Below, piece by piece: positions 1 to 10,863 of a DNA stretch of 64,000 nucleotides; within the stretch, counting starts at the first letter, position 1, and each line of letters begins with the position of its first letter. A program made the position numbers and the translations under genes. The notes beneath the pieces were generated by a model. The model searched no databases. It was given only the letters and a program-made list of their open reading frames with translations, and was not told the DNA's origin. The stretch is from contig CAWDFP010000006.1 in assembly GCA_963801605.1 (NCBI GenBank), positions 1,728,001 through 1,792,000 on the forward strand. The letters run 5' to 3'. This DNA comes from an uncultured candidate division Zixibacteria bacterium (GTDB lineage Bacteria; Zixibacteria; MSB-5A5; UBA10806).

Positions 1-1112
1 AACGCGCCGATTCGCTGGCGCGATATAATGAATATATCCTGGGCTCTATTACTTCGGGCGTGGTAATCTGCGATTCCGGCGGTATTGTAACCCGCTTTAA
101 TCCATCGGCGCAGACTATCCTGCAATACCTGGAACGAGATTGCCGCGGACGGCATTATCGTGAGGTTTTCGGCAATGAGCATAAGCTGGTCAGCCTGCTT
201 GACGATGCGCTTTTGTATAAGAAAGTTCATTCACGATTGGAATTTGAAATCAGATGTCCCGATGGCAAAAAGCTGTGGTTGGGATGTTCATCATCGCTGA
301 TAAATGACGAGAAAGGGGAGGGCATGGGGGCAGCCCTCCTCCTGATCGATCTTACTGAAATTCGGCGATTACAGGATGTTTCATCATATACCGAAAAGAT
401 GGTAATCCTTGGTGAAACGGCAGCCGGGTTGGCGCACGAGGTGCGAAATTCGTTTGCGGCCATTATGGGGTTTGCCAATTTACTGCGAAAATCGGTAAAA
501 GTTGATGATAAGGCAGTGAAGTTGGCGGACGCTATCAAAGATGAATCGATGGCCGCTGAATCGTTGATGTCTCGTTTTTTGAGCTTCGCCCGACCCTTGA
601 ATCTCAATCCTGAGACGCTCGATATTCATTATTTAGTCGAGACAATCCTCGAAAACTTTTCTCATTCCAATCTTGGCAAAGTTAAAATTTCAAATATTAT
701 TGAAAGCGGCCTGCCTTCTATTCAGGGCGATAGGATGCTGTTACGGCAAGCTCTGCTTAATCTCATTATTAACGCTTGTGATGCCATGCCCGATGGGGGA
801 GAGGTTTTACTTCGGGCCGGTCTTGAAAGACAAGATACGATTTCGACTATTTACATTTCAGTAACGGATAATGGTGAGGGTATTAATCCTGAATTAGTCG
901 GTAAAATATTCGAGCCGTTCATTACTGGTAAGCCTGATGGTACCGGGCTTGGTTTATCGCTGGTAAAAAAGATAGTTGTCATGCATGGGGGCAGAATCGA
1001 AGTCCACAGCCGGCCTCATAAAGGCGCCAGATTTACTATCTATTTGCCCGTAATTCAGGATTTTGACAACAAAAACGAAAGTAAAAATTACCTTACCGCA
1101 CAACCCGCATAG
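1..1112 (+). CDS. PAS-domain sensor histidine kinase (NtrB-like), 5' end outside window
   Basis: H-box LAHEVRN, N-box NLIINACDA, G1 DNGEGI, G2 GTGLGL; PAS region upstream; frame is open back to the window start. Confidence 0.9.
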   Translation, partial: RADSLARYNEYILGSITSGVVICDSGGIVTRFNPSAQTILQYLERDCRGRHYREVFGNEHKLVSLLDDALLYKKVHSRLEFEIRCPDGKKLWLGCSSSLINDEKGEGMGAALLLIDLTEIRRLQDVSSYTEKMVILGETAAGLAHEVRNSFAAIMGFANLLRKSVKVDDKAVKLADAIKDESMAAESLMSRFLSFARPLNLNPETLDIHYLVETILENFSHSNLGKVKISNIIESGLPSIQGDRMLLRQALLNLIINACDAMPDGGEVLLRAGLERQDTISTIYISVTDNGEGINPELVGKIFEPFITGKPDGTGLGLSLVKKIVVMHGGRIEVHSRPHKGARFTIYLPVIQDFDNKNESKNYLTAQPA

Positions 1113-1202
1113 ATAAGTTACCAGAGGCGTAGGGAATTTTATTAAGGATGCTCAGGGTGTTGCCTCAATTAAGACCCTGGCGTTATTAACAACCCCGTTT
1201 CA

Positions 1203-2564
1203 TTACGCCCCGCTTACGGTCATGCTGGCGACTCTATAAGTTGGCGATGCTACCGCCCCCATGAATATTAAATCATTCCCGATCATATCGATATTCTTGA
1301 GTACTTCCAGCATATTGGCCGCTACCGTAATCCCCTCGACTGGATAGGCAAGCCTGCCGTTTTCTATCCATAGGCCTGCTCCGCCCAGAGAGAAATCTCC
1401 GGTAACAACATTTGCCCCGAATCCCATCAGGCTAGTCAGATACAAACCATTCTTAACAGAGCCGATAATCTCATCGAATGTCGAGTCTCCGGGCTGAAGG
1501 TAGAAATTTAGAGGTCCTATTGAAGGTAGTGACGAGTATTCGCGACGGGCATTTCCTGTGGATTTAGTTTTGGCTTTTCGCGCCGTGTAGGTATCATACA
1601 AGTAACTTTGTAAAACTCCCTTTGATATAATTTCCTTGCGATTGGTAGGCGCTCCTTCACCGTCAAAAGGCGACGTCGCCAGGCCTTTGGGCATGAGGCC
1701 ATCATCCAATATGGTAACCATATTTGAGGCTACCTGCTTGCCAAGCATATTTACAAGAAAAGAACCGCCCTTGAAAATGGCATCTCCATCGACCGCGCCA
1801 ACGATATTACCCAGAATGGCCGCTCCGGTGATATTATCGAATACAACCGGTACTACCGATGTTGGAGGCACTCGCGCACCGAGCATCCGTACCACTCGTT
1901 CGGCGGCGATTCTGGCTACCTCCTGAGGCGCATCCAAATCTCTTAAAAACCTCTTGGTCGATTGCCAGCCGTTTGATTGAAGCTTACCATTTTCCTCTGC
2001 TACCGGATTAACCGATAAATGACAAAATGTAGATTTGGCCGAATAACTTCCTCCGGCCGTATTGGCTATAACCACAATCCCCTGGCCATCGAAAAAGCCG
2101 GCTCCCTCGGAATTAGTAATTCGTTTATCATATTCAAACATGGTGCGCTCGGCTTGCAGGCAAAAATCAATTTTCTTTTGTGCCGGAATTTCTTCGATTG
2201 AGGGATCGTATATTTCCAATTTGGCGTCATTGTTTATTGTTTTTAAATCCGGAATTCCGTTGTATTCATCCTCGGATGATTCTTTCGCAAGCGAGATCGC
2301 CTGTTCGACCGCTAATTTTACAGCGCCCGGGGAGAAATCGGAACTGTGGCTGAATCCAAGTTTTCCGTTCTTGAATACTCTTAAACCGAAACCCTGAGAT
2401 ATTGATTCCTTCAGGTTTTCGATCTTTTCCATCCTCGAGGTGATCTCGGATTCTCTGCCTATCTCGATATAAGCATCAGCCTCATCGGCGCCGGCTCGCC
2501 TGGCGGCATCAATAATGTTACCGGCAAACTCCTCTAATTCATTTTGACTTAATTGTCGTTCCAT
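1203..2564 (-). CDS. pmbA: TldE/PmbA metalloprotease subunit
   Basis: 453 aa; FDGEG, TGNA and GDFSLG motifs; no HExxH; directly downstream of tldD. Confidence 0.9.
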   Translation of the reverse strand: MERQLSQNELEEFAGNIIDAARRAGADEADAYIEIGRESEITSRMEKIENLKESISQGFGLRVFKNGKLGFSHSSDFSPGAVKLAVEQAISLAKESSEDEYNGIPDLKTINNDAKLEIYDPSIEEIPAQKKIDFCLQAERTMFEYDKRITNSEGAGFFDGQGIVVIANTAGGSYSAKSTFCHLSVNPVAEENGKLQSNGWQSTKRFLRDLDAPQEVARIAAERVVRMLGARVPPTSVVPVVFDNITGAAILGNIVGAVDGDAIFKGGSFLVNMLGKQVASNMVTILDDGLMPKGLATSPFDGEGAPTNRKEIISKGVLQSYLYDTYTARKAKTKSTGNARREYSSLPSIGPLNFYLQPGDSTFDEIIGSVKNGLYLTSLMGFGANVVTGDFSLGGAGLWIENGRLAYPVEGITVAANMLEVLKNIDMIGNDLIFMGAVASPTYRVASMTVSGA

Positions 2565-2576
2565 TATTATTCGCTC

Positions 2577-4046
2577 CTATACCCTGGTCCCGCCCACAGT
2601 CATTTCCGAAATCTTGCAGGTCGGCATTCCCACCCCGACCGGCACTCCCTGATTATCCTTGCCGCATGTCCCCACGCCGGTGTCATATTCGAGATCGCTT
2701 CCGACCATGACCACTCTTTGCAATATCTCCGGTCCCGAACCGATCAGGGTGGCTCCCTTGACTGGATAAGTGATGTGCCCATCCTCGATCATATATCCTT
2801 CGGTAACCTGGAAAATGAACTGGCCATTCGATATATCAACCTGGCCGCCGCCGAAACTTTTGGCGTAGAAACCGCGTTTGACCGATTTCATTATCTCCTC
2901 GGGATCATATTCGCCAGCGGTCATAAAGGTGTTAGTCATCCTGGGCACCGGATTATGCTGATATGATTCACGTCGACCGGAGCCTGTTGATTTCATTCCT
3001 AAAAGCCTGCCATTGAGCTTATCGACCATATATCCCTTGAGGATTCCCTTTTCGATCAGCACTTTTCTCGCCGCCGGTTCACCTTCGTCATCCATATTGA
3101 TCGAACCGCGCAGATTGGGAATAGTGCCATCATCAACCACCGTGACCAATTCCGAGGCCACTTTCTGGCCGATCTTGCCCGAGTATAGCGATGTTCCCTT
3201 GCGGTTGAAATCAGCTTCCAGACCGTGTCCGACTGATTCATGCAGCAGCACTCCGGCCCAGCCGTTTCCCAATACCACAGTTTGCGGCCCGGCAGGAGCC
3301 TCGCGCGCTTCAAGCATGACTACACCGGTCCTAACCGCCTCTTTGGCGAATATCTCCGGAGTCATTTTGTCAAAATATTCAAATCCGATTCGCCCGCCTC
3401 CGCCGTGATGCCCCATTTGACGGTTTTCGTTTTCCCGAACCAATGCCATCACGTTAAGCTTGAGCATGATTCGCTGGTCAGCGGTAAACAGCCCGTCCGA
3501 ATTGGCTATTACAACGATCTTCATCGAGTCCCACAGGGATGCTTCCACCTGATATACTCTTTTATCCTCATCGAATGCTGCAGTGTTGGCTCGCCGGAGT
3601 AGATCGGATTTTTGTTTGACCTCGATTTCATCCGGATATACTTTCACGGGCGAATAGATCGGAGTATTAACAATATGTGGTTCCAGGCGGTTTACGCTCG
3701 ATGAAGGTGAATGATCGGCTATGAGCGACGCTGTACTGGCAGCGTGCAATAGACTGGGCATGTCAAAACGCTCCGAATAAGCATATCCTGTTTTTTCGCC
3801 GCTAATCACCCTGATTCCAATACCCTGCATAATGCCCGATTGGGCTTGACGGATTTTATTTTCCTCAAGCGATAAGCCGTTAATTACGGCATATTCGGCA
3901 TAGATTTCCGCAAACTCGCCACCGCGGCTTTGCGCCTGGTCTATGATTTTTTTAATATTATCGATTGATAAAATATCGGTTATGGCGTCGTATCCGGGCT
4001 TTACCATTTTAGCCACCGGAGTTTTAATCAAGGATTCATTTATCAT
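2577..4046 (-). CDS. tldD: TldD metalloprotease
   Basis: HESVGHGLEADFNRKG zinc motif, PRMTNT, C-terminal CGK. Confidence 0.95.
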   Translation of the reverse strand: MINESLIKTPVAKMVKPGYDAITDILSIDNIKKIIDQAQSRGGEFAEIYAEYAVINGLSLEENKIRQAQSGIMQGIGIRVISGEKTGYAYSERFDMPSLLHAASTASLIADHSPSSSVNRLEPHIVNTPIYSPVKVYPDEIEVKQKSDLLRRANTAAFDEDKRVYQVEASLWDSMKIVVIANSDGLFTADQRIMLKLNVMALVRENENRQMGHHGGGGRIGFEYFDKMTPEIFAKEAVRTGVVMLEAREAPAGPQTVVLGNGWAGVLLHESVGHGLEADFNRKGTSLYSGKIGQKVASELVTVVDDGTIPNLRGSINMDDEGEPAARKVLIEKGILKGYMVDKLNGRLLGMKSTGSGRRESYQHNPVPRMTNTFMTAGEYDPEEIMKSVKRGFYAKSFGGGQVDISNGQFIFQVTEGYMIEDGHITYPVKGATLIGSGPEILQRVVMVGSDLEYDTGVGTCGKDNQGVPVGVGMPTCKISEMTVGGTRV

Positions 4047-4362
4047 TCTTTTATTCCTGTTATAATTTCCTTAGGATTTTCGATATGTTAATAGAACTAT
4101 TATTTTCCATAAAAGTTTGGCGAATATTTCATTTTTTCCAAGATAATGCCTCGATTCTTTTATGTCCAGCCACTTTATATTGACGGGGATAGCTCTGTTA
4201 ATCAATTTTAGTTTCCTAATAACAGTAAAGCTTAGACTAAAGTATTTTATTCAAATAAAAGGCGACGCCCGAAAATATTATAATTCGAACGCCGCCTAAT
4301 TAAATTACTTTGGTATTCTAAACGGAAAATTCCCACAAACCGTCGATCATCAGGCAGTGGGT

Positions 4363-4944
4363 TTATTTGGTTACTACCACCTTGCCGACCACATATTTCG
4401 GTTTCCAGGAATGATATCCGTCGATTGAACCGAAATACATATCGCCCTGAAGCGGATCCTTGGTCATTTCAAATATATAATAACCGGGTTTGGCGTCTGG
4501 TTTAACCGTAAGATATAACCTGGCAATTTCCAATGGTTCCTTGGGGCTGACGAGAGCCGGTTTTTCTGCGCCGGTCAAAGTATAAATGCCTGCAAAAGAA
4601 ACAAATCCCGTATCGGTCTTTTTATTGGTAAACTTCTCATCCCATTTAAGCAGCGTATTTTTAAATTTCACCGAATCGATCTGAATAACATTCCTGTCGT
4701 ATAAAAACGGAATACAAAAGCTTCCGACTCCAACCCATGATCTGTTATTAAATGAGGTAGTATCGTCAATAAGCACACGCAAGGCCATGTCGACATTTTG
4801 GCCGGGCTTGGCTTGCACCGAGTCGAGGACAACCATATCGGGTTTACCGGGATCGATTAGCTTCTGCGAATCTTCGATGGCCTGAGCGTTGAGCCAGGTG
4901 ATGGCGCATAGGGCCGTTAGGACGATTATAAGTCTCGTCTTCAT
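4363..4944 (-). CDS. secreted hypothetical protein, possible single cohesin-like beta-sandwich
   Basis: N-terminal signal peptide; pattern AKPGQNV...IPFLYD...IDSVKF resembles cohesin-like domains (pattern recognition only). Confidence 0.55.
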   Translation of the reverse strand: MKTRLIIVLTALCAITWLNAQAIEDSQKLIDPGKPDMVVLDSVQAKPGQNVDMALRVLIDDTTSFNNRSWVGVGSFCIPFLYDRNVIQIDSVKFKNTLLKWDEKFTNKKTDTGFVSFAGIYTLTGAEKPALVSPKEPLEIARLYLTVKPDAKPGYYIFEMTKDPLQGDMYFGSIDGYHSWKPKYVVGKVVVTK

Positions 4945-5726
4945 TTTATTATGACCGCCTTCCAGGGTATAGTGAATCGTGAACCGGTAATATTACCAGC
5001 TTCTAATGTTATCGATTGATTTATTTCGCCCGGCTTTGCCTGCGGAACCAAATCGAGCACCAACTCCGTCGTGCCCTCAGGAGTAAGAGTTGTTTTGGCG
5101 AGAGTTGCCTTAACTATTGTGGGGGCTGATTCCTCCACGATCGCAAGATTTGCCTTGGCTTTATCGGTGTTGGTGATAATGATTTTAACCTGTGCCGAGG
5201 CTCCGGCTTTTACATTTCCAAAATCCGCGGCTGTGGGGGCCGGTATGATGGTTTGAAGAGGGTTATTAATTATGGCCGAAAATATGAGTTTAAGATAAGG
5301 CTTAATGGGATCGCTGCTGTCTACAAAAATCTGCTTGGTAACTCGTCCGTTAAAATTCTTGGTATTGAATGTTGCCATGATATCGGCAGTCGCTCCGGGA
5401 GTAACAATGCTATCGGAAAGAGGGGCAGTGGTACAGCCACAGGTCGGCTTGACATTGGTGATCATGAGCGGATCTGTACCGGTATTTTTGAATTTAAATG
5501 AATGAAGTACAATCGCGCCCCGAGGAATTGAGCCAAAATCCCAGGTATCTGCTAGAAATTCGATCCTGGCTTTGGAGGCGGGATTAACTTTTATAACCGC
5601 CGCGTCATTTTTTCTGGACGTATCCGGGGCGGCAGTATCGACTGCCAGACATTGTGTCGAAAAGCCCAATATAGAGGCCAGAATAATAATCCTGGAAAAC
5701 TTAGGCATCTCTACGGCTCCTTTCAT
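4941..5726 (-). CDS. DUF1573 domain-containing exported protein
   Basis: WDFGSI...FKFKNTGTDPLMI...PTCGCT motif plus a second Ig-like repeat; signal peptide. Confidence 0.85.
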   Translation of the reverse strand: MKGAVEMPKFSRIIILASILGFSTQCLAVDTAAPDTSRKNDAAVIKVNPASKARIEFLADTWDFGSIPRGAIVLHSFKFKNTGTDPLMITNVKPTCGCTTAPLSDSIVTPGATADIMATFNTKNFNGRVTKQIFVDSSDPIKPYLKLIFSAIINNPLQTIIPAPTAADFGNVKAGASAQVKIIITNTDKAKANLAIVEESAPTIVKATLAKTTLTPEGTTELVLDLVPQAKPGEINQSITLEAGNITGSRFTIPWKAVIIK

Positions 5727-5750
5727 ATAAGAAAATTAAAATATTTCCCA

Positions 5751-6746
5751 TTAACATTCTAAATATCCCATTTTACGCATCCAGGAATCGTTATAAATCT
5801 TGGAAAGGTAACGGTTACCGGAATCGGCCAGGATAATTACGGGATGCTTGAATTGAGGATTGTTATTTAAAACTTCGCGAGCAGCAGCCAGCACCGCTCC
5901 CGATGATCCACCGCAGAAAATACCCTCGGTTTTGGCCATTTCCCTGGTGGTCAGGAACGCCTCTTTATCGCTGATTTGAATAAATCTGTCCACAACACTG
6001 AAATCCATGGCGCCTACCAGTTTGTCACTTCCAATTCCTTCGACCTCATAATGCTCGGCAATCGGGATTTTGCCGGTCTCAAAATATGATGTGAAAATCG
6101 AACCCTCTGAATCAACGGCCACAATTTCGATATTGGGATTGCGCTCCTTGAGGAATCGTCCCACGCCCGAAATCGTGCCGCCCGTTCCCGCTCCCGCGAA
6201 AAAGCAATCGACCAGCCCGTCGGTTTGCTCCCAGATTTCAGGGCCGGTTACATTGTAATGGCAGTCGATATTGGCGGGATTGTTGTATTGATCGAGATAG
6301 ATCGAATCCGGTATCTGCGAGGCCAACCGTTCAGCGGTTTTATAATTCGACGATGGATCGTCCGGCCTGGCGGTGTGCGGCGTCAGGATAAGTTCGGCTC
6401 CGAACGCTTTCATCATATCCTGTTTTTCCTGGGAGTTTTTATCGCTCATCACTATCACCGCTTTATAGCCCCTGGTGGCACAAATCCATGAAACAGCAAT
6501 TCCCGTATTGCCCGATGTTACCTCGATTACCGTCCCCTTGGGCTTGAGCCGCCCGTCGCGCTCCGCAGCATCGATTAGCGATTGCGCTAATCTATCCTTA
6601 ATTGACCCGCCAGGATTATACATCTCAGCTTTGGCGAGGATAGTGCAGGGGAGACCATGCGAACTTTTTACCAATGGTAATAGCGGCGTGTGCCCAATTC
6701 GCATCTTATTTGTCATGACAGGTAATGTCGTTTGCCGGACCAGCAT
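5751..6746 (-). CDS. PLP-dependent cysteine synthase / cystathionine beta-synthase family protein
   Basis: KAEMYNPGGSIKDR PLP lysine motif, TSGNTG, GAGTGGT, YEVEGIG. Confidence 0.9.
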   Translation of the reverse strand: MLVRQTTLPVMTNKMRIGHTPLLPLVKSSHGLPCTILAKAEMYNPGGSIKDRLAQSLIDAAERDGRLKPKGTVIEVTSGNTGIAVSWICATRGYKAVIVMSDKNSQEKQDMMKAFGAELILTPHTARPDDPSSNYKTAERLASQIPDSIYLDQYNNPANIDCHYNVTGPEIWEQTDGLVDCFFAGAGTGGTISGVGRFLKERNPNIEIVAVDSEGSIFTSYFETGKIPIAEHYEVEGIGSDKLVGAMDFSVVDRFIQISDKEAFLTTREMAKTEGIFCGGSSGAVLAAAREVLNNNPQFKHPVIILADSGNRYLSKIYNDSWMRKMGYLEC

Positions 6747-6934
6747 CTCTTTAACTTATACCCCTTTGTCGATTGGATTGTTCATGTTATTTCAAAGTAG
6801 CAGCTAACCTGTTAAATGTCAATCAAATAACGTATTTGTCGACTCTAATATTCCGATATTAAAACTCGTTTTTTTCCTAAGTGTTAAAGCGATTTTCATT
6901 AAAATGATTGGCTCTTCGTTGATTATCGGGATTA

Positions 6935-8371
6935 TCAGATGATTCTAAAGTAGTCAACCAAAGTACATCGTCGGGGCCTGGTAAAGGTTCGCGCCCGTGT
7001 CAAGCCCTCGCCAGTAGTTCCGGCAATTGAAAATGAGCAGAACCCTTCGGCGTTCATTCCCAAACCGGCCATCGACGGCCCATTCTTTACGAATATATTA
7101 CCATTACACAGCTGTGCCATTTTGGAAAGGTTGGCAATATTAGTGGAATGCATTACAAATGTATGTTCAAACTTATGTTCCACGGTAATCGCCAGCCCCA
7201 TAGCATCATCAACATTTTTACAACGTACTACGGGATGGACCGGCATAAGTTGCTCAGCCATGACAAGGGGATGATCCCATTCGGCCTCGAAAAAGAGAAG
7301 CCTGGTATTCATGGGAACGCTTATTCCGGCAGCATGAGCGATACTGACCGCGCTCTTGCCGACAAAATCCCTGCACAGTCTGGGATATCTGATCCCTTTT
7401 TTAGTGGAATCATCTACGACGATCATCGAGATAATTTTCCGAAGCTCGGCCTCTTTCAACAAATATCCGCCCGCTGATGCCATCTCTCCCAGGAGTTGAT
7501 TGAAAATCTTATCTACCGCAAAGGTTTCTTTTTCGGCGGTACAGAGGACATTGTTATCGAAACTTGCCCCGTAGATTATATTGTCGGCGGCTTTCTTGAT
7601 ATCGGCAGTTTCATCGACTACCACGGGCGGATTGCCAGGCCCCGCACAAATGGCACGCGCGCCGGATGTCATCGCCATGCGAACCACTTCGCCTCCGCCG
7701 GTGACCACCAACAGATCGATATCTCGGTGCTTCATGAGCGCCGTGGCGGTATCTTTGGATGGGTCCTTTATGGCCGTGATGAGATTGGCCGGCCCTCCGG
7801 CTGAAATTACAGCGTCATTTAGAATTTCAGCCGTGCGGTTGGTAACCCCTTTGGCCCCGGGATGAGCGTTGATAAGTATGGCGTTGCCAGCGGAGATTAT
7901 GCTGATAGCGTTATTGACAGCCGTGGCAGCCGGATTTGTCGATGGTGTAATCGAGCCGACGACTCCATAGGGAGCAGGTTCGGTGATTGTGAGGCCGTGA
8001 TCGCCGCTCCAGGCCTCGGTGGTGATATCATCCGGCCCCGGCGTTTTGCGCGCCGCCAGATCGATTTTTAGCCTCTTGTCGGGCATTTTGCCAAGCCCGG
8101 TCTCAGCCACTGCCATTTGTCCGAGACCCTCGGCGTAACGAACCGCCGCCGCGCGCATCGCCTCAACAATTATCTTACGCGCTTCGAGGCCCAGATCCAG
8201 TAGTTGCTGCTGCGCCTTACGGGCCGCCCCGGCCGCTTCATCAATGGTTTCGTAAAGGCAGGATGGAGCGCTCAGTTTTGGCGCAGATTCAGTAATATCA
8301 GGCTTGTCATATCCAAGCTCACGCATTATCTGGCTTACGGTGCGTTCGATATTTTCCGGCGAAATTTCCAA
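6935..8371 (-). CDS. CoA-acylating aldehyde dehydrogenase (EutE/PduP family) with N-terminal encapsulation peptide
   Basis: ITPSTNP, VTGG, GPGNPPVVVD, FDNNVLCTAEK (catalytic Cys); N-terminal helix SPENIERTVSQIMRELG. Confidence 0.9.
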   Translation of the reverse strand: MEISPENIERTVSQIMRELGYDKPDITESAPKLSAPSCLYETIDEAAGAARKAQQQLLDLGLEARKIIVEAMRAAAVRYAEGLGQMAVAETGLGKMPDKRLKIDLAARKTPGPDDITTEAWSGDHGLTITEPAPYGVVGSITPSTNPAATAVNNAISIISAGNAILINAHPGAKGVTNRTAEILNDAVISAGGPANLITAIKDPSKDTATALMKHRDIDLLVVTGGGEVVRMAMTSGARAICAGPGNPPVVVDETADIKKAADNIIYGASFDNNVLCTAEKETFAVDKIFNQLLGEMASAGGYLLKEAELRKIISMIVVDDSTKKGIRYPRLCRDFVGKSAVSIAHAAGISVPMNTRLLFFEAEWDHPLVMAEQLMPVHPVVRCKNVDDAMGLAITVEHKFEHTFVMHSTNIANLSKMAQLCNGNIFVKNGPSMAGLGMNAEGFCSFSIAGTTGEGLTRARTFTRPRRCTLVDYFRII

Positions 8372-8489
8372 AAAATCTCCAGTTACAAATTGCCCAATCT
8401 CAATAAAAACTCATTCTCGTTACGGGCATAAACATGTTTTCCTCGCTCAAATTGGCAAGGGAATCATGTTATCGAAAATGAATCCCCGA

Positions 8490-8781
8490 TTACTTCTCTT
8501 CCGACGGCAGTTTGGTAGGGAAGATATCGTGAACATTGGAATGCGGGCGCGGGATGACATGGACGCTCACCAACTCGCCTACTTTCTGAGCGGCAGCGGC
8601 GCCGGCTTCGGTGGCAGCCTTACAGGCGGCAACATCGCCACGTACTAACGCCGTTACATAACCGCCTCCAATTTTCTCATAACCTACCAAGGTCACCTTG
8701 GCGGCCTTAACCATGGCATCGGATGCCTCAATTAAGTGCGATCAGTCCTTTAGTTTCTATCATACCCAATGCTTCCATCAT
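8490..8781 (-). CDS. BMC-H microcompartment shell hexamer (EutM/PduA-like); +1 frameshift near 8733
   Basis: upstream frame reads (M)[15 protein letters not shown] and joins [13 protein letters not shown]...[10 protein letters not shown]...VHVIPRPH after removing one base; AGGAG RBS. Confidence 0.9.
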
Positions 8782-9111
8782 CACTCTCCTAATTAGTGGT
8801 GGCAATTTTTGCCGATTCTATAATATCTCCAAGGTTTTGTCAAATGGTAATTTGAGGGAAAATCTGGAGTTACCTTCATTTCGGCAGGAAGCAGGTTGTT
8901 ATGAATTTTCGGATAATCAAAGGTCATTACTAATAATATCTATAATATTAAGACGGTAACCCCATATATTCTATTAATCACATTAATAAACTCGCTGAAA
9001 ATCAATAATTGTAAAAGCTTCCTTAATAAACCAATATACAAACGGCGCTAAAAAAGATATTGATAATCCACTTGAAATTGTGTTATACATTAGAATTAAA
9101 CTCGGAGGCTT

Positions 9112-10396
9112 ATGAAGATACTTGTGATAGGTAAGGGTGGACGTGAACATGCGATGGTATGGAAACTGGCGCAATCGCGAGGGGTGGAAAAGATATACTG
9201 CGCCCCCGGTAATGCCGGAATTGCGCAAATTGCCGAGACGGTTCCGATTCCACTCGATAACCTTTCGGCTCTGGCGGATTTCGCCGCTGATAAAAAAATC
9301 GATCTGACAGTCGTAGGACCAGAACTACCCCTGACGCTTGGGATAGTCGATGTATTCGAAGAAAAGGGTCTGAGAATATTCGGCCCAGATAAGGCTGCTG
9401 CGGAAATCGAAGGTTCCAAGGCTTTTGCCAAAGACTTCATGCAGCGTTATCATATCCCCACGGGCAGTTTCCGGATTTTCTCCAATCATGGAGATGCGCT
9501 CGATTTCGTTTCATCGGCCAGTTATCCGCTGGTGATCAAAGCTGACGGTCTGGCAGCCGGCAAAGGAACGATTATTGTTAGTTCTCCAGGCGAGGCCAAA
9601 ACGGCGGTTGAAAATATAATGGTAGAGAAGGTTTTTGGCGAGGCGGGGGAGAGACTGGTAGTTGAGGAATTTCTTAGAAGGCGAAGAGGTCACGGTCATG
9701 GCCCTCACCGACGGCGAGCGGGTTATTCCGATGGTATCGGCGCAAGATCACAAAAGGATTTTCGATGGCGACAAGGGTCCCAATACGGGCGGCATGGGAG
9801 CCTATGCGCCCACCCATGTAATCTCCGATAAAATGATGAAACGGATTGTCGAGGAGATTCTGGAGCCGACGGTACAGGGCTTAGCCGATATGGGGCGGCT
9901 TTATAAAGGAGTTCTTTATACCGGTTTGATAGTAACCGATCGCGGGCCGAAAGTGCTGGAATATAATTGCCGATTTGGCGACCCTGAAACGCAAGCGGTA
10001 TTGCCCCTTCTCGAAAGCGATCTTGTTGAAATATTCCTGGATATCGCAGATGGTTATCTCAATATCGACGAGATTAAATGGAAAGATCAATCTTGTGTTT
10101 GTGTCGTGCTGGCGTCGCGCGGCTATCCTGAATCGAACGAAAAAGGCGTAGCGATCGACGGGCTCGACAAAGCGAACAACAAGGATTCGTTTGTGTTTCA
10201 TGCCGGGACGATTCGACAAGATGATAAGATTATCACCAACGGCGGCCGGGTTCTGGGCGTAACCGCTATCGATCACACCCTCAAAGGCGCGATCAGCAAA
10301 GCTTATGACACTATTCAAACCATTAGTTTCGATGGAATGCAATACAGGCGCGATATCGGAATGAGGGCCGTTAAGGTAGATTCGAGTTATTTCTAA
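9112..10396 (+). CDS. purD: phosphoribosylamine--glycine ligase; +1 frameshift near 9672
   Basis: GKGGREHA, KADGLAAGKG, QDHKR...GPNTGGMG, EYNCRFGDPE split over ORFs 9112-9831 and 9662-10396. Confidence 0.95.
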
Positions 10397-10860
10397 TGAA
10401 TGAAGAAAGAGTATTAATAGTCCTGGGAAGCAAATCCGATCTGGAAGCGGTAGCCGGATGCGGAAAGCTTCTTGAAAAGTTTGGCGTTAAATACCGTCAG
10501 GAAATTAGTTCGGCACACCGCCGTCCCACGGAGACAATTGAGCTTGTCAGGAACGCGGAATCGAATGGCGCCAAAGTAATAATCGCCGCGGCGGGAATGG
10601 CTGCCCATTTGCCGGGATTTATAGCCTCGCAAACCATTCTTCCGGTTATCGGGGTGCCATTGCCGGGATCGGCACTAAACGGGTTTGACGCCCTCTTATC
10701 TATTGTTCAAATGCCGGTTGGGGTACCGGTAGCGACGATGTCAATTGGCACTCACGGAGCTCAAAACGCCGCTTTGCTGGCAGTCGAGATACTGGCGTTA
10801 AGCGATGGTGATTTACGGGAGAAGCTCGAAGCCTATCGCAGAGAGCTTGGGAGGCCGTAG
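10396..10860 (+). CDS. purE: N5-carboxyaminoimidazole ribonucleotide mutase
   Basis: GSKSD, SAHR, AGMAAHLPG, SIVQMP motifs. Confidence 0.95.
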   Translation: MNEERVLIVLGSKSDLEAVAGCGKLLEKFGVKYRQEISSAHRRPTETIELVRNAESNGAKVIIAAAGMAAHLPGFIASQTILPVIGVPLPGSALNGFDALLSIVQMPVGVPVATMSIGTHGAQNAALLAVEILALSDGDLREKLEAYRRELGRP

Positions 10861-10863
10861 TAT

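Noticed and set aside
9660..9690. Programmed ribosomal frameshift in purD and other split genes
   Set aside because: No slippery heptamer or stimulatory structure, and the same +1 pattern occurs in many unrelated genes
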